Positions 1 to 12,700 of a DNA stretch of 64,000 nucleotides are shown here, piece by piece. The notes beneath the pieces were generated by a model, which saw only the letters and a program-made list of their open reading frames with translations, made no database searches and was not told the origin of the DNA. A program made the translations under genes and the position numbers. The stretch comes from Candidatus Omnitrophota bacterium (GTDB lineage: Bacteria > Omnitrophota > Gorgyraeia > Zapsychrales > JAKLDJ01). Position 1 is the first letter of the stretch. Every line of letters begins with the position of its first letter. Location: the NCBI GenBank assembly GCA_022703585.1, contig JAKLDJ010000001.1:182891-246890 (forward strand), given 5' to 3'.

Positions 1-600
1 CAGATCTTGGGGCGTGATCTTATCCATCGGTGTCGGAACGATAGGAATTACTGGCATATTTTGGGCGGCATTCGGATCTCCAGGGTTAGGGCGCATAACC
101 ATCTGCCTGTCCTTTGATGCCATCAGAATGACCGTGCCCTCGGGAATAATCAGTTCATCCAGCCATGGCGGAACAATAACACGGCCCTTACCGAAGTTAC
201 ATACGGCCAATAAGAGCCTCCCGGGATCAAAGGGCCTGTAATATTCTTCCAAAAATTCTCCGACAGGCCGCCCGTTTTTCTTAAGACAAAGCATGCTATC
301 CTGGGAAGCATAACCGTGCAGTTCCAGAATATTTATATCTTGAAAAACATGATATTGGCCGCGAGTCGCGCTGACCAGGTAAACCATGCCTTTCGAGTAA
401 TGTTCCAGTTTCGGATAATAGAAAGACGGAGCATCATCGGGGACAATGCCAAGCACCCTGAGCGTTTCTGCAAGCTCCGTGTACATTCTAAAGACAGCGC
501 CAAGGTCATTCTTGACTTCGGAGTAAATATACTGAAGATAATCCGGCTTATAAATACTGGTAGAATCTGATGCGTCTGCTTCGGCGGTTTGGGGTATCGT
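1..600 (-). other. C-terminal-side domain of unknown function, preceded by a signal-anchor-like segment; a second copy lies at 10363-10960
   Basis: Verified translation includes ...GRPVGEFLEEYYRPFDPGRLLLAVCNFGKGRVIVPPWLDELIIPEGTVILMASKDRQMVMRPNPGDPNAAQNMPVIPIVPTPMDKITPQDL. I could not assign a family. Confidence 0.4.
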
Positions 601-775
601 GCCAGGTCCGGATATAACCGACAGCAAGACCAGCGCCAAAATCAAAACAGGACGTCTCGCCCGAGAGATGTGCCGCGCTTCGCCGACGGCGCGCGAAGAA
701 AGAGGATTATTGTCCGTCCGGATCATCCCCAAAATGGGCCCGGACCCGATGAGGCCTAAAAGACTAAAGAGGGCC
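1..775. repeat. Direct repeat copy A of an intragenic segmental duplication (partner 10363-11137, about 98-99% nucleotide identity)
   Basis: Positions 1-775 align base for base with 10363-11137 with only a few mismatches (e.g. tactgg vs tgctgg, ataacc vs atgacc). Identity ends at 775/11137. The copy may extend beyond the window start. Confidence 0.9.
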
Positions 776-3700
776 GACCTCGTCCCGAGGAGCCATGACA
801 ATAGGGACTCGGCCCCGAGGGAGGCGGGCACAAAACACCCCAAAGCGCCGGAGGTGTCTTTTTTCTCAACCACAGGCGCCGACAAAAGACGCCGGGGGTC
901 AGTCTCGGCTTCAGAAATCTCAGAAAACCATTCCTTAAAGAACCGGAGATTACCGGCCATGGTTATTAAAAGCCTTTTACAGGCAATTAAAGTCATGTAT
1001 TCCATTTTTTCTTTTTCGTCCGCCGTGCCGATCGCAGTCCGTTTGCCCAAATCATTTTTGATAATACGGCTTCTAAAGAGGTGCTCAATGTATTTCACCG
1101 CTGCGGGCTCCGTGAATCTACGCCGCGAGAAAATCCCTAAGTGCTCCGCGGCCCATTTCACGATAAATTTCTGGGCCCATTGCTGCATTTCGGGATGGAG
1201 CCCGGTCAAATCCCTCAACCGGGACTTGATTTCCTTATTGGCAGCCGCCAGATTTATTAAACTGAAGAAATTATCCGTCAGAATCTTGTAGAGCTCATCA
1301 AAATCCTCGCTGCACCCAGCGATCAGGAAAAGCCGGTAAGCCGTATTCTCGATTTCCGCGTTATCGGTTTCGAATTCTTTTAATACAGCGGCCCGGCGCT
1401 GTATCTCTTCGGTAGTGAGCTTCATGATTCCGGACAAATCTTCCAAAATGACATCGGCGCGCCGGGCCGCGCGAAACTTAAGCTCCCCGGCAGATTCCTT
1501 GGGCGCTTTATGTTCTTCTCCCCGGACAAAAGTTGACTCACCTAAATGATAAGTCCGATTTTCATTTCCAAAGCGCTCAGCCAGCGGATGATCGCGAGGA
1601 ATATTCAGCGGATAAATATCGTAGATATGCTGGGGTTTTAATTCTTTGGCATTCAGGATAGCAAATAATTTTTCTTTCTGCTGCGGATCAAAATGTAAGA
1701 TTTTAGGGAAATAGCGGTAACGGCCCCTGGCCGAAGCCCCTTTCCATACCGCCAGACGATAAAGGGCCTCAATTTCTCCCCGCGTCCATTGTCCTAAATT
1801 CACTGCCCTTAAATAGCCCACGACCGTCGAAACAGCATCTTCTTTAAAAAGTTTATCCAGCTTCTTGGCTGTGTCCTTGTCAAAATCCGGATAAACCGCC
1901 ATAAAGAGTGCCACGGAACGGTTCTTGAGAGCCTGCTCTATAAATATCCTTTCCATGGCCTCAAAATGGCTTGCGTCCACTTCTTTGAGCCCGGTTAATT
2001 TCCTGAGCTGGCTGAGATCAAACATCTGCCAATTTTGAAGGACCACTTCGCTGGCATAGAGAGTGAGATGTTTTGCCATGACCTTTAATCTCTTATGGTG
2101 AGCGGCATTGCCGGACTCTGCCGCGCGAACCATTTCCTCCAAAACAGCATGCGAGAGAAACGGCCGGTGCTGAAATTCTTCATCACGGTCAAAGGCAAAA
2201 TCTTCGTGGTTGGCGGCAATTTCAGGATCAATCAGAAATTCCAACGTTTTTTGGGAAAGGGCTGAATGCATCAAAAGCCTGCCAAAATGATCCGGATGAG
2301 AATCCAGTGAATTAAAAATACTTAACGCATTCCACACCGTTTGTCCGGATTCTTCTTGAAAGTGGAGAGCAAAATAGCTCGTGGCATGGGCATATTCGGA
2401 GTGCGCGGCCCCGGCAAAAGAAGCCAAAAACGCGCCCATCTTCCGGCCGAATCTCTGGGGTGCCATTTCCATCAACAAATTCAATGTCCTGGTACCGTCC
2501 ACGTCAAGACGGTTGCTGTAATTACCCTCATACTTTGTCAGGGAATAAAACGCATGAGACGCCGGAATTTGTTCACGCTTATCTGTTCTCCTTGAATAAC
2601 TGTAAAATTTGACCGTGCCGTCCTCCGCTATCTCGGCCTCGCCCCCTGAGTAATAGTCAAACAAGAAATCATCATTCAGGAAGCTTCGGCGAGAAGCCGA
2701 TAAAACAGTTTGAAGAATACACCGCGTCCGGAGCAAATTCTTAAACGTCCACTCGTGGCCCATGGCGCTGCCTTTTTCATCCCTCCATACATGCCAATGT
2801 TCTTTATCAAGCACCTTCACAAGATGCTCAATAAAACGCTCCGGGTTAATTTCTCTTCTGGCTGCCAGGACATAATACCGGTTCATGACCGCATCTTTAT
2901 GGTTATTCCAGTCCTCTTCCGCAAGATTCTCAACGGCCAGGAAAAATTGTTCTGCCGGCATACCGGAAAAAGATTCTTCTGCGCCGGGCCGCGAAAAATC
3001 AAATCCGGGCAGGCAAAACTGGGTGGTTCGATATTCTTCCAAGGCAGGATTGATCGGGACAACGCCTTGATATTCCTGGATAAACTGGACAACAGCGTTA
3101 TAGGTAAACAGCATGCGCAAAACATGCCGTATCTGCTGACGGCCTCCGCATAATTCATAACCTTTATTGCTAAAATACCCCCGGCGTAAGACAGTGTCAA
3201 ATTTCATAAAGCGCCAGGTGATCTTGTCGGCAAACATCTCATAAAGCCCAGAATGATTCATGAAGAAATGCGGCTCATCCCGGACAGTTTTTTCTGTCTT
3301 GGTTTTCGCAATATTGTCAAAATAACCGACGCAGTACGGGTCGGCCGACAAGGGCGATTCGCCCGTGCGGACGGCAAATTCCAGGATAAAGGCCACCGTC
3401 GAGTAGCCTGAAATAAAACGGAAGGCCTCTCCCGGCTGCGGCTTCAGCTGAGGCAAAAGCGTTTCCCTGACTCTGTCAATATTGTCTTTAAAGCGATTAT
3501 CGGTTTTATAGGAATAATGAAGGCTTTGCAAATAACGGTTATGAAAATCAATCCAGCGCTCTTTGTCCGGGATATCGCCTTTTCTTATTTCCGTTGAGGT
3601 ATAAGCACTGCGCATGATTGTGCCGAGAGATTCGTCGTGCATGGGGTCCCGGTAACCACAGCCCATCTCAATGAGTACGATTTCCTGCTCGATCCCCAGG

Positions 3701-6700
3701 GCAATAAGCAAGGCATGGGCTGCTTGATATAGCGAGGTGTCCTCAAGCAAAAAGACCCAGGTTTTCCCGTCGCGGGGGATACTGGCCGCGCGGATAATCA
3801 ATTCAAAGATATCCCGGTTAAGTTCTGCGAAAGAAATCTTTCCGTCATCGAAGAAAACCGGATCATCGGTTTCCGGAGGATTATACGTAAAGCGCATATT
3901 GCCTTTTCTTAAAGCCGCCGCACATTGCGTGCTCATACCAGGCAACTGCTTGCGTTCTTTCTCGCTATCGCATTGATCAATCACGCCTCGGGCGAAGGAA
4001 TCAAAGCGTACTGCCATTTCCTGTGGAGTTAAGACCCGCAGTTTACCGCTGGAGTCTCTGACAAAAAGCGAAGCCATAGGCTCAAGAAGATACATTTGCG
4101 CTGCCCGGGAAAGATCCAGCGCCGCATCCTCGGCCTTTTCGTCCTCCAGAGGGGCAGAGAGTAACGGTGTCTCCACGTGCGCTAATTGCGGCACTTTCTC
4201 ATCCGGATTACTTAACAATCCCGGGACATAAGCCATGTCCAGGTCAGGGTGGTCTACGGACTTTCCAAAATACTTTGAGATTGAACCCGATAAACTTTCT
4301 TCAGGCGAAGTAATACTTTTAATCAGGTTTTCAAAATATTCCTTGACCCGGTCTTTTAACCAACCTCTTTCGTTCTCTTTTACTGTTTCATCATGACGGT
4401 CAGCCATGGCCTCAGCCAACGCCTGAAGGTTCCGGGTGAACTCAACATGTTCCTGGTCCAACGGATAGAGGCTGAAGTCATGGATGCCATTATTAAAATG
4501 ATGGGTTTGACTATTGAGCGGTACCCCTTCATCGCTTAAAACCCAAGCGGCGTTTTGATAAAAGACGATCAGGAAGCTTTTTTTGTGGATCTTGATTTCT
4601 CCGACCCAGGCGTCATCGTTGATTCTGAATATACTGGAATCATAAATGTCCACATAATGCGTTAAGGCCAACGGTAATTGATTTCGGCTAATAAATTGCC
4701 GGACTGCTTTTTGTTCGCGCCGGTTAAATTTCTTGCTTTCATCACTATTCGATTCATAAAAATCATTCTTGATAAGATATCCGCTCAATCGTTCAATAAC
4801 CTCTACGACAAGCCTGGCCTTTTGAACGGTAGGCATAACGTCGATACCACCCAGGAAGGTGAGGGTTTCGTAGGTGCGAGCCAAGCGTACGGCTTCAAGA
4901 TAAAACGGCCTTAAATATTGGGGAATTGATTTTAAAAGGCCAATTGCGGACGGCTTCCCTAAACGCAGCAGGGCAAAATCAATCAGGATGTGTTCGGCAA
5001 CATAAACCTGCGACGAAACGCGCTTGGGCACATCTTTGACGGCACCGTCTTCACCGAGAAGCCCGAGTTTTTCTGCGAGCGCGGAAATCCTCTTGTCCGA
5101 ACCTTTGGCAGTCTTCAATTCCCGTGCCAATACGCGCAGCTTCCGGCGGTCAATGAGCTCTCGGATTTCTTTGCGGATTTGATTTTCCGCTTTGCCTTCG
5201 AGAATGTCCTTTGTCCCGTCGGAAACCAGCCCTAAGACAGACAGGCCCGCCAACACAGCAGTGGCGGGCAGGCCCGTCAGCCCCGTTAGAAATGTTGAGG
5301 GCAATAAGAAAGTTGTTAAAGTTTCTAACGGGGCCAGGGGCAACGAGAAAAACGCGAGGCAGCCTAATGTTTCGATGCCTCGAATCATTTCATCTTGCTT
5401 TAATTTTCCGCTGATAACAATAGCAAGTTGCTCGTATACAACTGAGAAAAAAAGTTGAGAAGTTACATAGTCGGACACTCTTATGCTGCCCAACCCGCAG
5501 TTTTCAATGCGTAAGACGTGCGTGCCGCTTCTTACGAAATAGAGCTGTTCATTGTACCTGCCTCTTGAAAGGGGTTTGATAGCGGTCCATAAGTCCTCAC
5601 TAAATCCTGCAATATTCGCAGTTTCATCGTAATGGATAACGCCAACAAGCTTTCCTGCAGAGTAGTCAAAAACAAGAAGATGGCATCCCGGAGGTTTGTT
5701 AAAAGCTTCCGAAAGAGGGGGACACTTTTCCTTATCCCAGCGGATGCTGATTTTGACTGATTCGGGATCTAGTATCGTCCGATGCAGATAAAGCATGACC
5801 GGATTATTAGTCCCTTTGTAATACACTATTCCTCTGGAAAGCGCGTGCTGACGCAGCCAACCGAGAATAGCCTTGGCAATTCCTTCTATTTGAAAACAGG
5901 ATTGTATGTGCAGGTGTTCCAATAGCAATTGAAAGCCACCAAGATAAAAGACTAAACCCGACGTGCGGCTTTGGCCCGGATCATCGATTCTCAGGTTATC
6001 CAGCCATATTTCATATTCCATGCCATTCGAAAAAGGGTCGCTTGAGCGGACGATTATAATGGTATTGCCTCGATGGGGTATCAATACCTTGACAGGATTT
6101 TCATTTTCATCGCGCCATTCTTGGGTTCCGTCGAGATACGCCACCCTGCGCGTCCACTCTTTCCCTTGGGCCGTATCGTCATCCGCGCCTTCTCGCACCA
6201 TTCCCGCGATAAAGACGGCGGGCCCCGCCAGAAACAGCGGGGCGGGCAGGCCCGCCAAGGGCAAGAAGAGCGACACAAAACACCCTAAGCGCCCTTCATC
6301 CTGCGCGGTCAGTTGTTGATAGATCTCCTGCGCGCGGCGCTGCTGGTCTTCGGATAACCACGCTACAGCGAGCCCATAACTTTTTGCTTCGAGATTCGGG
6401 TCAGGCGAAACAGTATAACGGGAACTGACTTTATTTGTCTTCTCATCAAAATCAACATCGGTTTTCCATAAATCAAACCCGAGTTTTTGCGCGGCAAGCT
6501 TAAGCCCGTCGCGGATATGGGTATTAAAGATAACCGTGACGTTTTGCTGGCGCAGGTAATGCAATACCGCCAGCTGAATCGCCGCCAATTCGAAATTATC
6601 GGTGCCGTGCAGCTCATCTAAAATAAGCAGGCTATCCGGCGAGACACTATTAATCATATCCGCATACTGTTTGAGAATATTAAGAAAATAACTTTCGCCG

Positions 6701-9700
6701 GTTTCGGTCACATTGCGGCCGCCAAAAAACGCCCCGATTCCGCCGAATCTGCTCATGGTTAAATCACCCGAGACATAAAAACCATGCCGGGCAAAGACGG
6801 CATTGATAAAACTATTAAGCATCAAGACACTCTTGCCGCTGGAATTGGATCCGGTTAAGATAAAAACCGGTTTTTGGGGGTTAACCGCAAACGTCTGCGC
6901 CACACCTCCCTGCAAAAACGGCCCACGCCCCCAGAAAAATGAATGGTTCGGGAAGAAGGGCACGCTATTTTCTAATCTAAATGTTCGATACTCATCAACG
7001 AGAGTCGGCGGCTTGATAGAATTCAAAATGACAGAACGGGCAATACCGGTAAATTCATCCACCCCCCTAGCAATCATTTCAAAATCTTTCCCAAGATGCT
7101 GGCAGGCCTCGCCCCATTCAGCTTCCAATCTTTCCCGTTCTTTCTTGCTTAAACCGGCAGGATCAACGGTATATTTTTGGCGCATCTCATCCAGCGCGGA
7201 TTCCTTTTTCTTCAATAATAGTTTTGTTTTGTCAACCAGGGGCTCCTGCGGCAAGGTCTCAAGGTGCTCGATAAGCAATTTCATTTTTTCTGCAAGCGCG
7301 TTGATCTTTTTCTCATTTTCTTTAACATCATATCGCGCCCAGCGAAATTCCCGGTCGATACATTTATTGACCGACGAAAGAAGTTCGGTAATTTTTTTAA
7401 GGTACTCTGCGCCCTGGGAAACAAAAAGCGCAGTCAGGCGCAGGCGGACATCAACCGCATCCTCCTGCGCGGTATCGTCCTCTTTTTCTGTCTGCGGCGC
7501 GGTTGTATCCCTGCCGCCTAAAAGGGACCCAAGAATTTCTTCTTTATCCGTCGGTTCTTCAATATTATCTGCATCGACATCCCCGGTAAATATGCCGAGC
7601 AACCGTTCCGGGGTCTTACGGAACGCGAAATGTTCCCCAGGGTAGAGATTAGCAAAAACCACTTCAAACATTGAAAAAGCCGCGGATTTCTTATCCAGCT
7701 TCAAAGAGGATGATTTGGAATCGCCCATTTTCTTAATCGGAATCTCCTCAATATCGCCCCCCTCGATAATGCAGCGATAATACGCCCGCGCCAAAGTAAT
7801 CATCTCCTTAGGAAACCCGGCCTGGCGCATTAATTCAATCGCGTAGCTGTGTTTCGCGATGCCGGGCACCAGTCCAAAATCAGGAACAATCCGGCCCTTG
7901 TTCTCTTTAACCGTATGCATAAAGGGCTGTTGGCCGGTGCGCGCCTGTAACAACTCGTACATTTTCTTCAAGTGGCTGGTAACAATAACCGTGGCGCCGC
8001 TACGGATCAGATCTTCGATAAGGACCGTGGCAATCGCCACCAATTCGTGATAATCCGTACCCGTCGGGACTTCATCAAGGATAATCAAATCTCCGGGCCC
8101 GGCCTTTTTAATCAAGTCGGTTAATTTTTCAATCAACATCCCGAAATAACCGTATCCTTTGTGCAGCTGTTCCGGCTCGGGAAAGACCGTGTAGATATTA
8201 CGAAAGACACCGATGGCCGGCGCGTCATCGGGAACCGGCAGGCCAACCTGGGTATAAAGCGCGGCACGGCCAAGGCCGCGGGCAGTCGTGGTTTTTCCAC
8301 CCATGTTGGGGCCGCTCAATAAAAGCGCATTATGCCCGCCGCCTAAAGAAATCTCGACGGGGTGAATGCCTTTTAAATCATCCTGTTGTTCTCTTTCGCG
8401 TTTCCGTCGCGTCTTCGCATCAAAGGCCTCAAGGAATCCATCGAAGATGTCACGGTCCGGTTTTGGCTGGAAGGCACGGGCAATGAGAACCGGGTTGCGG
8501 TAACGTGCCAATTGTATAGTGCCGGTAGGCTGCATGATATCGGCAAAACGGTAATTATTCTGAACGGCAAAAAGGGCAACACGCGCGTAATAATCAATTT
8601 CTGCCAAATAATTCTGCATCATCCCTGCCGGGAATTGGCGCAGGAACGAATGCTTGTCGCCGCTATTTTTCGCGCGCCGCCTTGAGGCGTAGGCCTCGTC
8701 TCGTTCCCGGCGTTGACGCCCCGCAGCTTGCCGAACAAAAGAGTCCAGACGTCTTAGGCCGCCTAAGAAGCCATCTGCATCATCATCGTCTTCTACATCC
8801 AAATCGTCATCGTCTGAAGAATCTGAAATTTCTTCCTCATCTTCATCCGGCTCGCTGTCTTTTTTGGCGGCTTTTTGTTGACGCTTCTCAAACAAACCCG
8901 GATTTTGAGGATACGGGTCCCCTTCTATGTGAGATTCGATGTTAATCACCCATAAATCGGATAATTTCTCCACCAGCGAAGAAAATTCTTTTATAACATC
9001 ATCAAAGAGCCCCTGCTCTTGAAGCTGTTGCTGTATTTCCTCCTCCATACTCGGCTTATCATTGTCCGAGTCATCGTCTTCATACAGCGCGCTATAAAGG
9101 TTACGCCCCTTATCGCGCCGATGAGAAGCATTCTTTTCCCGGTGCTTTTTAAGAATTTCCGGAGCGACAAAAACATTCGCATCGACGCGCCAATCTCCCA
9201 CAGCATTTAAGAATTTCCTTCGTTCCAAAAATGGCTTTAGCTCCGGCCGGCGTAACGTGACCTGAATCTTTTCTTTCCATCGTGCCATAACCGGAGAATC
9301 ACTCTCGGGCAATGCCTGTTCGACAGCCTCCAGGCACAAAATAACTCGTCCCAGCGCAATCAAAGCAGGCGCCACGTCGGGATAAGCCTCATCGAATTCC
9401 AGGGGTCCGTCGTTCCATTGCCCCTTGGATTCACGGTCCAAAATACTACTCCTCTCTTTCTTTTTGGGCACAAAGAACGGATAATGGTAGCGTCGTAACG
9501 TGCGCAGCTCTGAAAGAAAGTCTTCTTTTTCTTTATGATAGCGCGCGATTAGTTTTGTAAGCTGTTCTAGCGGATTGTCTTCGCTTGTTCCCTGAGCGGC
9601 AATCTCCATCAGGCTTTCGATGGCACGCCGGGCTATTAGAATATCCTTGTGCTGCCTCCAGGGGCGCAAGAGCCTTTGTTGCAAAATCCTTTGCACGTCT

Positions 9701-12700
9701 TCCGTCGCGTTGGCAAAAAACGGAATAACGTTTTCCAAAAGCCATTCTCCCTCGCTCTTAATTTCTAAATTTACCAAGTCATGCCCTTCAAGTTTCATCT
9801 TTCCGGGCCAAAAATCAGGGTCACCGTAGACGGGAATCCTAAATCTATTTGGTTCTTGGGCATCGTTTCCTGCGTCCTTCACCATCCCCATCACCGGCAG
9901 AAACATTAAGAACGGCCCGGCCCCGACGAGGCCTAAAAGATTAAAGAGGGCCGAGGCGGACAGGAACGCGAGCGGCGATAGGAACATAAGGGCCCGAAGC
10001 GTTTCAACTTCTTTCCAGTCATCGTCCTCCTTCGCCTCATCCCTCACCTCCTCCCAAGCCTCCCCCCGGCCTGGAAGAATGCTGCCTCTATAGTCAACAT
10101 CTTTTGCCGTCGGAAAGATTCTTTCAGGTTGGGCAGCGCCTGACCAACAAGAATCAAAAGGGTTGAAAAGCGACCACCATGTTATAGGCAGCTCTTGGCC
10201 TTTACTGAAACGCTTCCAGTCATCTGCCACAACAATAAAGATTAAAGGAGTTTTATCGGATTGCACTGAATCCGGTTGAAAGCCTATCCAGTCGCCTATC
10301 ATCATGCCAAACCAAGGCTCCCACCAAAGGTGTTTGACGTTGTTTCGCCGCTTGAGAACCTCCAGATCTTGGGGCGTGATCTTATCCATCGGTGTCGGAA
10401 CGATAGGAATTGCTGGCATATTTTGGGCGGCATTCGGATCTCCAGGGTTAGGGCGCATAACCATCTGCCTGTCCTTTGATGCCATCAGAATGACCGTGCC
10501 CTCGGGAATAATCAGTTCATCCAGCCATGGCGGAACAATAACACGGCCCTTACCGAAGTTACATACGGCCAATAAGAGCCTCCCGGGATCAAAGGGCCTG
10601 TAATATTCTTCCAAAAATTCTCCGACAGGCCGCCCGTTTTTCTTAAGACAAAGCATGCTATCCTGGGAAGCATAACCGTGCAGTTCCAGAATATTTATAT
10701 CTTGAAAAACATGATATTGGCCGCGAGTCGCGCTGACCAGGTAAACCATGCCTTTCGAGTAATGTTCCAGTTTCGGATAATAGAAAGACGGAGCATCATC
10801 GGGGACAATGCCAAGCACCCTGAGCGTTTCTGCAAGCTCCGTGTACATTCTAAAGACAGCGCCAAGGTCATTCTTGACTTCGGAGTAAATATACTGAAGA
10901 TAATCCGGCTTATAAATACTGGTAGAATCTGATGCGTCTGCTTCGGCGGTTTGAGGTATCGTGCCAGGTCCGGATATGACCGACAGCAAGACCAGCGCCA
11001 AAATCAAAACAGGACGTCTCGCCCGAGAGATGTGCCGCGTTTCGCCGACGGCGCGTGAAGAAAGAGGATTATTGTCCGTCCGGATCATCCCCAAAATGGG
11101 CCCGGCCCCGACGAGGCCTAAAAGATTAAAGAGGGCCGAGGCAGGCAGAAGCCCCGGAATAAAGCAGGCCAAACCTTTAGGCTCTCCGGTATCAGCAGCC
11201 GTCAAATCACGCTCCCACCACCATCGGCCGCGTTCAAAAACAAAGCGATATCCGGCATCTCTATATAAATCATCAAGCCGTGCAATACTTGTCGCCGGTA
11301 GATAAAGGGTCGTCGCTGAAAAAAGGCTGCTGCCCGCCGGCGCCAAAATTCGCCCCAGCTTTTGCTTTCGCGCATAAGCACGTACGGCCTGTTCAAGAAT
11401 ACGCTCAACCGAACCAAGTTTTTCGCGAACCAACCGCGGCGTACGGCGACAATTGATATAAAGCCTGGCCTGCAGAGTATTGATTTTTAGCCCGGCCTTC
11501 TTGCCTTCAATCTCAAAATCGACAAAGCCTAAAGGAAGTGAGTCTTTAAGCAAGGTTTCACGATATTCCCTGGGGACATCGCTGCCATTAACCCTAAGCT
11601 GTTCGTTAACAATAGGCCTTAACAGCGCCAGCATTTCTTCGTCGTGCAATAATACATTAAGCCTCTTTCCCGGCATTCCCATGCCCAGGCTCAAACTCAA
11701 TGCGCCTTCGTTTGACAAGGTATCCGGCCTAAAACCGGGAAGCGCCACACGCTCATTAATCTTTGCCCGAGATAAATCGAAGATTTGATAGTTGACCGGC
11801 TGTTTCGAAGGAAGGATAGCGAGCGCTCGCTCAAGAATCTTTATCCCTTGAGCTTGCGGGCTTCCGCTTAGATCTGCGCGCCTGATTGTGTCTGCGATAC
11901 AATTAATGTCTGTCGCCCGATTAAATCGACGGCCGTCAAAGCAAGCATATCCGGATTGAAGTGTCTTGGTTGTATAATGACGTAACCCCGCTAAATTTAT
12001 ATTTTTAGAATGATTTTTTCCGGTCACGGCACAATAAACAGTCCACAAAAACGCGATATTACTGCGGCTGGGCACCCTGAGGCTGTTTTTCCTGGCGTAT
12101 ATAAAATAATTTAATAATAGCCCGATGAAATGATTAGGGAATTCATCCAGGATTACACCAAATCCTTGAGCCCCTTCAAAATAATAGAATTCATTTTCGT
12201 AGTGCAAGTGCAATAAATCGGCAATATTAATTAACGGCAAACCTGCCCTTTGCGCGCGCTTGATAAACGGCCAACGCTTCGGGTTAACCAGATGCCGGCC
12301 CATTAAGGACAGCGCCTTTTGCCAGTCCGCGTCAAAATTGTCCCGGATAAACGCGGCCACCTTGTCCGGGTCATCCGTATCCGGCGGCAGCGCATTTTTT
12401 ATCGCCTCAAGCGCACTATCTTCGGTTCTCGGCGCTATACCGGCCATCAACACGGGTAGGAATATCAAGCCGGGAATAAAACAACCTAACCCTTGCGGCT
12501 TTTGGTAATCAGCGGCGGTAATAGTAGCACCCGGAGATCTCTTACGTGCAATCCATGCGACTTCGGTCATCATCCGGCTATACCCGGCCAAGGTCGGGGA
12601 GGGAATAAAACCATACCGGTGTGCCAACGACTGGTCGCGCGCAATCACATGCTTGTGTTCCTCGCTCAAATAGCCGCCCGCGATCAGCGCAACAATTTCA

